Source: Candidatus Methanomethylicia archaeon (GTDB lineage: Archaea; Thermoproteota; Methanomethylicia; CALHIW01). From it: a DNA stretch of 64,000 nucleotides. Position 1 is the stretch's first letter. Each line of letters opens with the position of its first letter. Shown piece after piece: positions 21,278 to 32,224 of this stretch. The stretch is taken from positions 112,339-176,338 of the forward strand of contig JAWBQF010000001.1 of assembly GCA_038845975.1 (NCBI GenBank), written 5' to 3'. A program made the translations under genes and the position numbers. The notes below the pieces were generated by a model. It made no database searches. It worked only from the letters and a program-made list of their open reading frames with translations, and was not told where the DNA came from.

Positions 21278-21960
21278 TTACCAGATAAGCTACTTCTTAC
21301 CTCAATGATTTTCCTCTCTAAAACTTCATAGGCTCTTATAGCATCTACTCTATCAACTATTAGTATTGTATCAACATAGCATGATATTATCTGAGTTATA
21401 TTTACTCCATTCCTAAGTAGGGTAGATGTAATATACGATATAACACCTGGTGTTGTAATTATTTCCTTGGGACTCATAAGGATAATAGCTGACTGATTAT
21501 GAAAAACAGTAATTACATTGCTTTTACCGATTAAGCTGAAAACATCATCACATGCACGTTGATCAATAGCAATAGTGAATGTTTCAGCTCCCTGTGTTAA
21601 CTGTAGAAATCTTAGACTAGTTATTCTCCTCATTAACTCATCAAGCTTACCTACAAGGCCTTCCTGTCTTACAGTTATTAAAGCAACATCGTTTTTAAGC
21701 TCTAAAACTGTGTTTGCAATAATACTTAAAATGCTTTTATCAAGCTCCTCCCCCTCCCTCCTTAAATCCTCAGAGCATCTTATTAAAGCCATCTTAATAG
21801 CTTCAAGCTTAACTTTCCTACCTCCAAGAATTCTTGAAACATCATTCTGAATTCTTGAAGCTAGAGCAGTATAATTTATAATATCCATTCTTAAACATTC
21901 CATTATACATGGACTATTATTAACAATCCTCCTTACAGCTTCAGCTATAGATACAACCAT
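21271..21960 (-). CDS. ACT-domain protein
   Basis: C-terminal TPGVISYITSTLLRNGVNITQIISCYVDT ACT motif; helical N-terminus (INYTALASRI..AIKMALIR). Confidence 0.75.
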   Translation of the reverse strand: MVVSIAEAVRRIVNNSPCIMECLRMDIINYTALASRIQNDVSRILGGRKVKLEAIKMALIRCSEDLRREGEELDKSILSIIANTVLELKNDVALITVRQEGLVGKLDELMRRITSLRFLQLTQGAETFTIAIDQRACDDVFSLIGKSNVITVFHNQSAIILMSPKEIITTPGVISYITSTLLRNGVNITQIISCYVDTILIVDRVDAIRAYEVLERKIIEVRSSLSGKY

Positions 21961-22369
21961 AAACGTTTAAGTTAAGCTAAGCTAGTATTTAAACTCCACG
22001 CATAAATACAACCTAAAACATAGTTAGACCAATTCTTCAACTACTAAATTGTGAAGAATCCGACATTACAGGATAGCTTACTAGCTATATAGGGTTAAAA
22101 GTAAAGTATAGATTATCTATACTACTTTAATACACTCCTATAACAGACATTTAAATAATTCATTATTTAGACTTCTATCCAATGTATATATGATTCCCAA
22201 TATGCTTTACGACATATTAAGCTAGGAGATGTAATATATTGTAAATGTGTTTATCATTGATGTTGAAGTGAAATGGTTAAATTGGAGAAATAAGAATCTT
22301 GTTCAGCTTTAAGCGGATTGCTAAGTTATCTATTGTTATTTAGAGCCTACATAAATTTGGTATTGCTAA

Positions 22370-22792
22370 CTATTGCAAGCTGAATTTCAACATAGCTAAT
22401 CCTAGCTTTATAATGTCGCCGTCTTTAAGCTCCACCCTCTCAGTTATTAACTTATCATTTAGAAATGTTCCATTTGTACTTCCAAGATCTTCAATGTAGA
22501 ATTTACCGTTTTCAAAGAGTATTTGGGCATGCTTCCTTGAAACGTAGGGATCATTTATTTTTATGTCAGGCTCAATACCTGGTACAGGTCTACCAATAAT
22601 TATCTTGGATGATGCTATTAGAAACTCTAACCCTGCAACAACACCATCAACACCTACAAGCTTAGCAACAGGTAGCTGAACTGGAGTAACTTCAGCGATT
22701 TCCGGTTTAGTTAAGCCGCAGGCTTCACATATATCTATGTTTTCCGCATTGTCATGCCCACATGAAGGACATTTCCAATTCATAACTATCAA
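22370..22792 (-). CDS. zinc-ribbon plus FHA domain protein (ArnA-like)
   Basis: WKCPSCGHDN..CEACG; IGR, VSRKHA, DLGSTNGTFLN. Confidence 0.92.
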   Translation of the reverse strand: MIVMNWKCPSCGHDNAENIDICEACGLTKPEIAEVTPVQLPVAKLVGVDGVVAGLEFLIASSKIIIGRPVPGIEPDIKINDPYVSRKHAQILFENGKFYIEDLGSTNGTFLNDKLITERVELKDGDIIKLGLAMLKFSLQ

Positions 22793-22824
22793 ATTATTTT
22801 ACTATTAGGGTTTATATAATTTAT

Positions 22825-24462
22825 CTAGACTATTTTATACTGTGTAAAGTTAGGTCTAGTGGAGTTTAATACTTGCTCAATCTGGACTCTTAACTCGCTT
22901 ATAGAGTTGAATCTTAGTGTAGGATTGGGATTTATAGCTTTTAAAATTGTTTTTTCAAGTTGTTCAGGTATTTGTTTATTTAGTTTCCTCGGCTGTGGTA
23001 GTGTATGTATCATTCTCCCCTGAAGGAGGAGTTTAGCTCTTTCTTCTAAGTGCTTACTACATAGAGGATACGTTAACATTTCATAGAGTACAAGTCCAAG
23101 CGAGTATATATCTGACTGTGGTAAAGCCCTACCCATCATCTGTTCGGGTGAAGCATATAAGGGTGTTGCCTGTACAGCTCTTCGTGAAGCATATACGGAG
23201 GAGCTGAAATCAACAATTTTTGTTAATAATCCTCCATTAACACTCTTAAACATTATGTTTTCAGGCTTAACATCTAAATGTAGTATTGGTGGACTTCTAG
23301 TATGAGCATATTCAAGAGCTTTACATATATCTAAAGCTATCTTTAAAGCTTCTTGAACTGTTAACGGTTTACCTCTACGCCTCAATAATGCTCTTAAGCT
23401 TCCCCCATCCATATACTCCATAACTATATATGGAGGATTAAGATTATACTTATCGTTACTATATGGAGGATCTATATGGACCTCTACTACTTTAGCTATG
23501 TTTTCATGATTTAGACTTAAAAGCATTAAAGCTTCTCTTTTAAAATCATCAATTAAACCCTTAATAGCGTAATCCTTCTTTAAAACCTTTACAGCATACG
23601 GTAAACCAGTATTTTTATCTCTAGCTAAATATACATGAGCAAAAGTTCCATCCCCAATCCATTTCTCAATAATGTAAACCCCTAAACTCCTACTAGGAAT
23701 CTTAACAGTACTATTATTTACTCTACTTAAATCTTTATAGCTTAATCTTCCAGCTTGTTTTAACATCCAATTATCAATAGCCCCTAAACCAATAATTAGA
23801 ATACATGATATAGCAATAACTAAAGCAAAAGTAGATATCCTTACAAGATCTAACGGTATAGTATTTAGGGCTAAATTATGGATAAAGTTTAGGAGTAAAA
23901 CTGTAATTAGAATTATTGAGGAAGATTTTAGCGGAGACTTTACAGCTAGACATAACATAAAAAACAATAGGAATACAATTACTAAAGAAAAATACCAAGC
24001 AACTCCTAAAGAACTAATTAAGCCTAATAGAAACCAGTATGAAACAAAAACAATAGTTACAGAAACTATTGATGTAGATAATAGATAGGATAAGGGAAAA
24101 CGATTCCAACCCAACATAATCGTAACAGCTATGGGTATTGGTAGAATTTGAATAAGAATAGAGCTTCTAAGTCCAAGTAGGAATATAGTAAATACACTTA
24201 ACGAATATAAGGCTAAAATCAATGCTGCCATATTAATTGAAAATATTAAACGTGGACAAGTCTTAGGAGAAATAATATATAGAAACATTAAGAGAAGAAG
24301 AGAGATAGAAAAGGAGAAAAATAAGTAGGAATAGCTAGGAAACAGTATGTAGGATCCCTCCATAATAAACCCTATGATTAAAGCTGAACCAATAATAGAA
24401 GCAAATAAGAATGTGAAAGCAGCTAAAAGCTTCTTAGATAAAGTAGCTGCATGCTTCACCAT
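22825..24462 (-). CDS. membrane-anchored Hanks-type Ser/Thr protein kinase
   Basis: About 230-aa multi-TM N-terminus; IGDGTFA, YAVK, HLDVKPEN, DFS, TPLYASPEQ, SDIYSLG. Confidence 0.92.
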   Translation of the reverse strand: MVKHAATLSKKLLAAFTFLFASIIGSALIIGFIMEGSYILFPSYSYLFFSFSISLLLLMFLYIISPKTCPRLIFSINMAALILALYSLSVFTIFLLGLRSSILIQILPIPIAVTIMLGWNRFPLSYLLSTSIVSVTIVFVSYWFLLGLISSLGVAWYFSLVIVFLLFFMLCLAVKSPLKSSSIILITVLLLNFIHNLALNTIPLDLVRISTFALVIAISCILIIGLGAIDNWMLKQAGRLSYKDLSRVNNSTVKIPSRSLGVYIIEKWIGDGTFAHVYLARDKNTGLPYAVKVLKKDYAIKGLIDDFKREALMLLSLNHENIAKVVEVHIDPPYSNDKYNLNPPYIVMEYMDGGSLRALLRRRGKPLTVQEALKIALDICKALEYAHTRSPPILHLDVKPENIMFKSVNGGLLTKIVDFSSSVYASRRAVQATPLYASPEQMMGRALPQSDIYSLGLVLYEMLTYPLCSKHLEERAKLLLQGRMIHTLPQPRKLNKQIPEQLEKTILKAINPNPTLRFNSISELRVQIEQVLNSTRPNFTQYKIV

Positions 24463-24544
24463 ACTGAAAATAAAGCGATAAAACTTAAATATGTATCCGC
24501 TAAAATTATAGATAAATAAATATTCAGATGTTAATCATAAAGTA

Positions 24545-25294
24545 CTAGTATTGAACATTATAATGTATATGCATATTGAAGTCCCTATCGAAACCGTAGG
24601 GGAAGAAGCTAAAATCCACATTTACACTTCCAATATACTTCCAATCACCATTAATTCTTCTAGCCGGTATACCGTGACCTGGATAAAGAATATCGCCAGC
24701 CTCAACAATTCTCTTTAAACTTTCAGTAGCCTGCTTTTCATCCCAAAAAACTAGAAGAGGCCTACCTAGCTTAATACATTGAATATTTGTTAATGCATCA
24801 CCTGCAAGAATAGCTCTACCAATAGGTAAATCAATAACAAGCGATAAGCTACCAGCAGTATGTCCAGGAACCTCCATAACCACTACATTCTCAGCAACTT
24901 TGTATCCGTTAGAAACTCTTCTTAAATCCATTTCCTCAAGAATATCAGTAATAAATCTTGGAGTTGCTAAATCATCATCTCTAGGAGATTTAGCATATAT
25001 AAATTCAGCATCACCAACAATAACCTCCGAATCCCTAAACAAATCTATATTTAATACGTGATCTCCATGTAGATGTGATAGTACAATACAATCTATCAAT
25101 TTAGGATTTAACTCTAACCTACGAAGACCCTCAATAAGCATTCTCCTCGTTGGAAGATGTCCAACATCAAACAGTATGTATTTATCTGATCTAACAAGAA
25201 TTTGTGACGCTAATCCGAAAACATAGGCTGATGCGAGGGGCGACGATGTTGAAAAGCCGGGAACAATTAAATTTACTGATACAGAATTAACCAT
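24545..25294 (-). CDS. MBL-fold metallo-hydrolase
   Basis: SHLHGDH, PGHTAG, AGDA, PGHG. Confidence 0.9.
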   Translation of the reverse strand: MVNSVSVNLIVPGFSTSSPLASAYVFGLASQILVRSDKYILFDVGHLPTRRMLIEGLRRLELNPKLIDCIVLSHLHGDHVLNIDLFRDSEVIVGDAEFIYAKSPRDDDLATPRFITDILEEMDLRRVSNGYKVAENVVVMEVPGHTAGSLSLVIDLPIGRAILAGDALTNIQCIKLGRPLLVFWDEKQATESLKRIVEAGDILYPGHGIPARRINGDWKYIGSVNVDFSFFPYGFDRDFNMHIHYNVQY

Positions 25295-25740
25295 AATAAA
25301 CTATTGAGTTAGGTATATTTAAACTTATAATAAAGTTGTGAATAGTAATGCTTAACTATTAAGATAGTAGAATTAATATTAACTGATTGCTACATTTCAT
25401 GTTAAATTACGCTATTATTACAGTATGTTTAATCTATAGTTTAATATTTCAGTTTATGAGAATGTATAATTTCCTATTATTATTTCTCTAGCTTAGTAAA
25501 ATCCTAAATCCAAGAGGGAAAATACTAATCATGCGTATGCCTATAAAGCCAACATAAACACGAACAAGTTAATATTATGCTTAACTTAGAATTAAGATTT
25601 GAAACATTAAACTAAATGTTAACATGCTTTAATACTACTCTCTAAGCTTCAGATATGGGAATACTATATTAACAGTTAAGTTAGATGTCTAACACAGTAG
25701 AAACTATTATAAACTTTATGGATAAGTTCTTTAGGGCTTA

Positions 25741-26985
25741 TTGTCTCTTAATGTTGAAGTAGAGTTAGGAGTAAACTATGTAAGTACTAGTGGCGGGAGA
25801 ATACCATTCATTATAAGGGTTAAAAGCGGGGAAACAGCACGTTTTAGAGCTCCTCTAAGTCTAGCTATAGCTATTGATGTTAGCGAATCTATGAGAGGAC
25901 ATAAACTTGAAATGGCTAAAGAAGCAGCTAAAAGAGCTATCAACTGTTTAGGGGAGAAGGATATTCTTAGTCTCTATGCTTTTTCAGGTCATGTTGAGCC
26001 AATAGCTGAAAACGTATATGTTACAAGTAAGGAATGGTTTAAATACCATATTGATATGCTGAAAATTCATGCTTTTACAAATCTATTTGAAGCTTTAAAT
26101 AGAGCTTGGAGAGCAGCTTTAAAATCTCCTCAAAACTATGTTAGAAGGGTTTTACTACTTACTGATGGGCAGCCTACAGTTGGTGAGAGAAATATTGAGG
26201 TGTTTAGCCGTGAATCTGGAGAAGCGTTTAGTAATGGCGTATCTATAGTATGTTATGGTATTGGGGAAGATTATAATGAAAACATTCTATATACTATTGC
26301 TAGAAGTTCTAATGGAATATTTAGACATATTGATGATCCAAACCAAATTGTTGAACACTTTGTCTATGATGTTAGTCAAATGCTTTCAACAATAGCTAAC
26401 AACACCACTCTAAGAATTATTCCAGTTCAGGGGGTTAAGGTAGCTATATATGGTAGAAACTACAATACTGTTGAAACTATAGCTGAAATCCCCATTGGAG
26501 GTATTGAAGCAAATACAGCTGTAGAAGTTTACGGTGAACTCTTTACACCTCCAAGAATTGAGGGAGTCTATAGATTAGCATCTATTGAGTTGGTATATAA
26601 TGATATTATCTCCAACACGCAGAAAATACTTAGCAACATAGCTGAAATAAGGACTATATACACAGCAAACAGTGAACTACTATCTAAAGGGGTGAATAAA
26701 ACAGTTATTGATAGGGTTCTAGCACTCATAAAAACAGAGGAGATAAGTCAAGCCATAGCTAGAGGAGATACTAAAACATTAACAGCTAAACTTGAGGAAA
26801 TAGGTAAAACAGTAATGCTTGACCCAGCGAAAACCCAAATACTTAAAGGAATAGGTAAGATACTTGATGAATACAGTAAAACAAGAAGGCTGGATACTAA
26901 GGAGGCATTATATTTAACAATGGCTTTACAGCAAGGTAAAACACAAGTACTTCCAGAAAGGAACACTAAAGATAAATCTATCTAG
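25741..26985 (+). CDS. von Willebrand factor A domain protein (ArnB-like)
   Basis: MIDAS DVSES, LLTDGQPT, YGIGEDYNE; Thr-rich C-terminus (KT repeats). Confidence 0.9.
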   Translation: MSLNVEVELGVNYVSTSGGRIPFIIRVKSGETARFRAPLSLAIAIDVSESMRGHKLEMAKEAAKRAINCLGEKDILSLYAFSGHVEPIAENVYVTSKEWFKYHIDMLKIHAFTNLFEALNRAWRAALKSPQNYVRRVLLLTDGQPTVGERNIEVFSRESGEAFSNGVSIVCYGIGEDYNENILYTIARSSNGIFRHIDDPNQIVEHFVYDVSQMLSTIANNTTLRIIPVQGVKVAIYGRNYNTVETIAEIPIGGIEANTAVEVYGELFTPPRIEGVYRLASIELVYNDIISNTQKILSNIAEIRTIYTANSELLSKGVNKTVIDRVLALIKTEEISQAIARGDTKTLTAKLEEIGKTVMLDPAKTQILKGIGKILDEYSKTRRLDTKEALYLTMALQQGKTQVLPERNTKDKSI

Positions 26986-28325
26986 CTAAAAACATGAAAC
27001 CATCCATTAATAAGACTAATAGAAACATATTTTTTCTCTAATCCATATCTCTGATATGGCTTTGATAAATGTCTCATTGACCTTAAAGATGGGAGGTATA
27101 GGCCTTGCTTAACCATTCTAGGCTTAACAATTCTTTCACGGCTAAGCTTTAACCCTTTTAGCTTACATCTCCTACATCTATAACCCTGTCCTCTACCCAT
27201 AGACTCCATTCTCCTACTACATATTGGACATCGTGGATTCCTATACTCAAAATCCTCAGCTAAACTTATAATTTTAATATATTCAATATTAATTACTGTT
27301 GGATTCTTAATAGTTCTCTTTCTAACTTCCCCTCCAACTTCAACGATATCACCGGGAACTAGTAGTAAGGCGGTTTTTCTAAGTCCTCCTGAAGGCCTAT
27401 AAACAGCGCATCGTATCCTACATCCTTTAGATTCAATGTAGAAGTATACATGACCGCCAATACCTACTTCAGGCTTAGATGCAATAGTACCTACAATATA
27501 GCCTGTAGTATAGGCTTTAAGCCTACATGGATTAAGCTCAAAACGTAGATGTTCAGCTGTACCTTGATTTGAACGGAATATTATATATCTCTCATATGGC
27601 TCCATAATTCTAAGCATTTTAAAAGCTGATAATACGGCTTCAGCAGATTCACCTCTTATACCTAGAAGAACGGGATCAGGCCCTCTAGGAGTTATTAGAA
27701 TTCTCCTCTTCTCATAATCATAATTATTGAATGTATAAGGCTTTGTAGCCTTATCCATTTCAACAACCGACTGGGGATCTATATTTCTAATTCTCTTACC
27801 AATATTTTCTTTAACTCTATATGCTAGAAGTTCATAGGTATGATCACTATTAAGAGTATTGCCGATAGCAGCAAGAGCACCTACAACACCTCTACAATCC
27901 CCTCTACAGCTATATTTCATATTATATTTTCTAATAATTTTAAAAGCCTCACTAATACTTACAATACTCCATAAAGCTCTAGAAGCAAAATCCATAGCTT
28001 CCGGTGGAATAGTTCCTAAATGCATTACAACACCATAATTAGAGTTAGAGTCTGAAAACTCTTTAACAATACTTAAAACAATGTTAAATACATTATCTGG
28101 ATCACTACATTTAAACCTTAGTGCAACAGCACCATTACCTCTAGTTTTCCATGGAACACCCGGATTAAGCCTAATTAGATTTGGATAATCAATAAATACA
28201 CAGTTTAAATCCAGAAGCTTCTCAACAATTAAAGCTGCAATATATGTTGTACACATGTACGTTCTAGAATCACAGTCATCTATTCCAACATGAACAATCA
28301 CTTCAGAACCAGACATAGGTAACAC
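26982..28325 (-). CDS. tiaS: tRNA(Ile2) agmatinylcytidine synthetase
   Basis: GIDDCDS..MCTTY, LIRLNPGVPWKTRGNGAVAL, PDPVLLGIRG, Zn ribbon, RHLSKP. Confidence 0.95.
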   Translation of the reverse strand: MLPMSGSEVIVHVGIDDCDSRTYMCTTYIAALIVEKLLDLNCVFIDYPNLIRLNPGVPWKTRGNGAVALRFKCSDPDNVFNIVLSIVKEFSDSNSNYGVVMHLGTIPPEAMDFASRALWSIVSISEAFKIIRKYNMKYSCRGDCRGVVGALAAIGNTLNSDHTYELLAYRVKENIGKRIRNIDPQSVVEMDKATKPYTFNNYDYEKRRILITPRGPDPVLLGIRGESAEAVLSAFKMLRIMEPYERYIIFRSNQGTAEHLRFELNPCRLKAYTTGYIVGTIASKPEVGIGGHVYFYIESKGCRIRCAVYRPSGGLRKTALLLVPGDIVEVGGEVRKRTIKNPTVINIEYIKIISLAEDFEYRNPRCPICSRRMESMGRGQGYRCRRCKLKGLKLSRERIVKPRMVKQGLYLPSLRSMRHLSKPYQRYGLEKKYVSISLINGWFHVFS

Positions 28326-28329
28326 TAAA

Positions 28330-29295
28330 TTAGCTTATAGCAATGTATTCCTTAAGGCCTACTGGAAGAGGCCACATTGCTAATACTTCAAGGTTCAGTA
28401 TAATCTGCCTTCTATTATTTAAGCCAAGAATTCTATATATAATTTCGATAATTCCAGGTTTAGGAGGTTCAATGTATCTTATAGGCGTATTTCTAGGTAA
28501 TCCTGCAATCTCCCTTGCTTTTGCAATAGCATCATCAAGGCTTCCAACACCATCTATAAGACCTATCTCTAATGCCTGCCTCCCAGTAAATGGTTTACCA
28601 CTAAAAACCTCATCAAGCCGGTTAATATCTATTTTACTACCTCTATAATTTAAAACTTCACTACTAAAAGTACTAAATGTTGAATTAACAATTTCCTGAA
28701 GAATAGCTATTTCACTACTAGTCATGTTACGATATGGGCTTCCAATATCTTTCAACATTCCAGACTTAAACGTATATACCTTAACACCTAGCTTATCAAG
28801 TAGATTACTAAATGTAACCACTACGGAAACAACACCTATAGAGCCTACTAGACTATCAGGCTCAGCATTAATATATTTAGTGGGTAGTGAAGCAAGGTAG
28901 GCTCCTGATGTACCATACTCTCTAATATGAACTATAACTATCTTCTTATCAGAAAGCTTTCTTACAGCTTCAAAAACATCTCTGGAAGCTACAGCACTAC
29001 CACCTGGACTATTAACTAGTAGTATAACAGCTTTAGCTGAAGAATCATCTCCAACACTTTTAAAAACCTTAGATATATCTTCAGGATTTAATGTAGATCC
29101 GAAGACGTTAAGTAGTGATGAACTATAAGCAATACTTCCATCAAGCCTAATGACAGCAATATATTCTCTATTAGTTGAGAAAAAGTACTGCCGAGTAAAA
29201 ACAGTTAAAGCTAAATATGCAGCAATAGATAGTCCAACTATAACAATCATTAACAAAGCCAATATCTTAACAGTTTCCCTCACCAATCCCACCAT
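28330..29295 (-). CDS. sppA: signal peptide peptidase SppA (S49)
   Basis: N-terminal TM, NSPGGS, SGAY, GSIGV, KSG..KD. Confidence 0.92.
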   Translation of the reverse strand: MVGLVRETVKILALLMIVIVGLSIAAYLALTVFTRQYFFSTNREYIAVIRLDGSIAYSSSLLNVFGSTLNPEDISKVFKSVGDDSSAKAVILLVNSPGGSAVASRDVFEAVRKLSDKKIVIVHIREYGTSGAYLASLPTKYINAEPDSLVGSIGVVSVVVTFSNLLDKLGVKVYTFKSGMLKDIGSPYRNMTSSEIAILQEIVNSTFSTFSSEVLNYRGSKIDINRLDEVFSGKPFTGRQALEIGLIDGVGSLDDAIAKAREIAGLPRNTPIRYIEPPKPGIIEIIYRILGLNNRRQIILNLEVLAMWPLPVGLKEYIAIS

Positions 29296-29395
29296 GAGAA
29301 ACTATTAGGCAAGCTTATAAATTTATCATTATTTAGGTAATCAGTTAATTCAAATATGATTCCGTAATCCACTAATATATGATACTATATCCAGC

Positions 29396-30981
29396 AGTTC
29401 CAGAATATATAGATTTAAATAGACATGAATCGTAATAGGTATTGATGAAGAAACTTTATGCGTTTAGGGAGGTCAAGAAACTTATTGGCGTTACTACTAG
29501 GACTATTCAGAAGTGGGATAGAGAGGTAAAATAATGGTTGTTAGGACTGTTGATGGTAGAAGAAGGATTCCTGAGAGTTAGATTAAATGTATACTTGGTT
29601 TGAGGGAGGGATCATAGTTGGATATGTTAGGGTGTTATCCTCAACCTGGAAAGACGGTCTTGAAAGGCAGATGTAAGCCATACTAAACTACGCTAGAGAT
29701 AAAGATTATGGAGACATTAGGTGTGGACTGATGTCGGTTCAGGATTAAACGAGAATAGGAAGAACTTAGTGAAGTTTCTAGAGATAATTGCTGATAGAAG
29801 GGTTTCAAAAGTGACTGTAACTTATGAGAGTAGACTTATCAGATTTGGCTTTAAAACCTTGAGGAAGCTCTTCTCAGCCTTCAACATAGCCATAAAGGTT
29901 ATAAACCATGAAGAAGAGTCCCTCAAGAGGAACTTCGTTAGAGACCTAATAACTATAGTCTTGCATTCTGCTGGAAAGCTCTATGGTTTAAAGGGCTATA
30001 AGTATAAGGAGCTATTAAAGATGTCGAACAGCTTGTACCAGGTTAGAGCATACAGTATCAAGCATGACTATGATGTTTAAGAGTTTCTTGAGGCATATAG
30101 GCTTATTCTGCAGAAAGCCGTGATGAGGTTTGAGTTAGAATTAAATGGATTGAGAAGATTGATAGAAAAGGTAGACGAAGGATCATGCCAGTAACCCCAA
30201 AGAATGAAGTATTCAAGCATCACTACCTAAGAAGCCTGTCATTAAGAGGTTTCTTAGGTAGGGGTAGGATCACTTAACGTTAACTTTCAGATTCAAGAGG
30301 AAAATTGAGTTAATGGAGAAGATTGCATGGAATTACAATGAGAGAAGTTTAGACCGGTTTAATCCAGAGCTAATGGATAAAAGTAAGCCTAGTAAAACTG
30401 TTCCACATCCATAGAATCTACGAGATTAAAAGGAGAAGGTTGTATAGGGTAGCGTCGAAGAACCCATCTCTAAGGGCTGTTCTAGCAAAGTATCAGGGAA
30501 CAGGGAAGAATAGAGCGGGGAATTTCATACATAAGTTAACATCCTTCCGGTCAGGAAGCTCAGGAAATATGTTCACGGCTTCGAAGATTTAGAGAAGAAG
30601 CGGATACCTAACGGCTCGAAGAAACATAATAGAAACGTTGAAAAACAATTGGAGGATGATTCAATCCTTCATGTCTTACAAATCAAAAGTCGTCATTCTC
30701 AACCCGAAGAATACAAGTAAAGGATGATTTAGATGCGGATGATTAATGCCATGAAAGGACATTTTATAGGTGTAGAAGCTACGAGTTGAGGATCGACAAG
30801 CAGCTGAATGCAGTCATAAACCTGTATCTTCAGATGGGGCTTACTCCAAGCTCTTTGACGAACTTATGAAGTTTTGGAGGAGCACCCAGATGAGGATGAG
30901 GCCTATGAACTCGTGAGGAAAGCTAGGCTAATGAATCCCAAGGTCTACATACTTCTATCAAAGACTATGTAGCTCAGAACC
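29396..30981 (+). mobile_element. decayed IS607-family element (tnpA serine recombinase plus tnpB); ends approximate
   Basis: From 29445 MKKLYAFREVKKLIGVTTRTIQKWDRE..GRRRIP..TDVGSGLNENRK..RFGF; downstream tnpB fragments (FIHKL, HGFEDL, NPKNTS, DKQLNAVINL) with many stops. Confidence 0.85.
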
Positions 30982-31160
30982 ATATCGTAGACATATGTAA
31001 TTATCACAAGCTTCCATGCCTTTAAAGTTTGGCATATATTTCATGAAATATAAGAAATCTATAAGTCTTAGATGTAAGGTAGTTGACGGCTTAAGTTTAA
31101 GAGACATGGTTTTCCAACGATATCTTTATAATCTACATAAGATTTTAATTTAGATCTACA

Positions 31161-32183
31161 GTGTGGAAGTACTTATTAGGTGAGATGCCTAAAGGATGTA
31201 GAATATGTATGAGTGGAGGGAAACTTACACTATTTGTTACTGGGCTATGTAATAATAAATGTTTCTACTGTCCAGTAAGTGAGGAGAAAAGAAGAGATAT
31301 ATGTTATGCCAATGAGAGATTAGTGAAGAGTATAGAGGATATAGTTGAGGAGGCTAAGCTAATGAATGCTAAGGGAACAGGTATAACTGGAGGAGAGCCT
31401 TTACTAGTTTTTGATAGAGTGAAAGCTTACATAGATCTGCTTAAAAACGTTTTTGGAAGCTCACACCATATACATCTATACACTACAGAAATATCAAATA
31501 GGGTTATGGAGCTTGTAGATAGGGGACTTGATGAAGTACGCTACCATCCAGTTAACCTTAACATTAGTAAAATAGATAAATCAATAGTTAAAAGAATAAG
31601 GGAAAGTGCAGATATAGGTATTGAGATACCGTCAATACCAGGTAGATATAAAGACATGGCTAAAATAGTATTAATGGCTGGGGATCTTGGATTCCAATTT
31701 ATAAACATAAATGAACTTGAATTCTCAGAAGCTAATTATAAACAGCTTAGACTAATGGGGTTAAGAATTAGAAGAAAACATATAGCTGCAGTTAATGGAA
31801 GTCTAAATGAAGCGTTTAAAATAATTAAGTGGGCATCTAGAGAAATTAAAGACCTATCAATCCATATATGTCCATCAAGCTTCAAAGACAAGTATCAGTA
31901 TAGACTTAGGCTTATTAGGACAGCTAGAAACATAGCTAAACCCTATGAAAAAATAAATAATGACGGAACCATAACGAAACTAGTTATTAAAACAAACAAT
32001 CCTAAACAAATAGTTGAAAAGGCAAAAATACCTAGAACCATGTATAGAATATTTAAAAACAAACTTGAAACATCAATAAACTACCTAAATAAACTAGTAG
32101 GAATTAAAAATGTTGAAGTATACAAATATGTATATCTACCTACATATGATAGAAAGATTTTAGTAATAGATAAAGCTACATAA
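31161..32183 (+). CDS. radical SAM protein (archaeal, uncharacterized)
   Basis: CNNKCFYC, GITGGEPL, ININELEFSE. Confidence 0.9.
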   Translation: MWKYLLGEMPKGCRICMSGGKLTLFVTGLCNNKCFYCPVSEEKRRDICYANERLVKSIEDIVEEAKLMNAKGTGITGGEPLLVFDRVKAYIDLLKNVFGSSHHIHLYTTEISNRVMELVDRGLDEVRYHPVNLNISKIDKSIVKRIRESADIGIEIPSIPGRYKDMAKIVLMAGDLGFQFININELEFSEANYKQLRLMGLRIRRKHIAAVNGSLNEAFKIIKWASREIKDLSIHICPSSFKDKYQYRLRLIRTARNIAKPYEKINNDGTITKLVIKTNNPKQIVEKAKIPRTMYRIFKNKLETSINYLNKLVGIKNVEVYKYVYLPTYDRKILVIDKAT

Positions 32184-32224
32184 CATACTCAACTATAGAC
32201 CTATAATATGCTAAGCTAAAACCT

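Noticed and set aside
30020-30840. Active TnpB/Cas12-like nuclease
   Set aside because: Multiple stops and frameshifts; no CRISPR array nearby.
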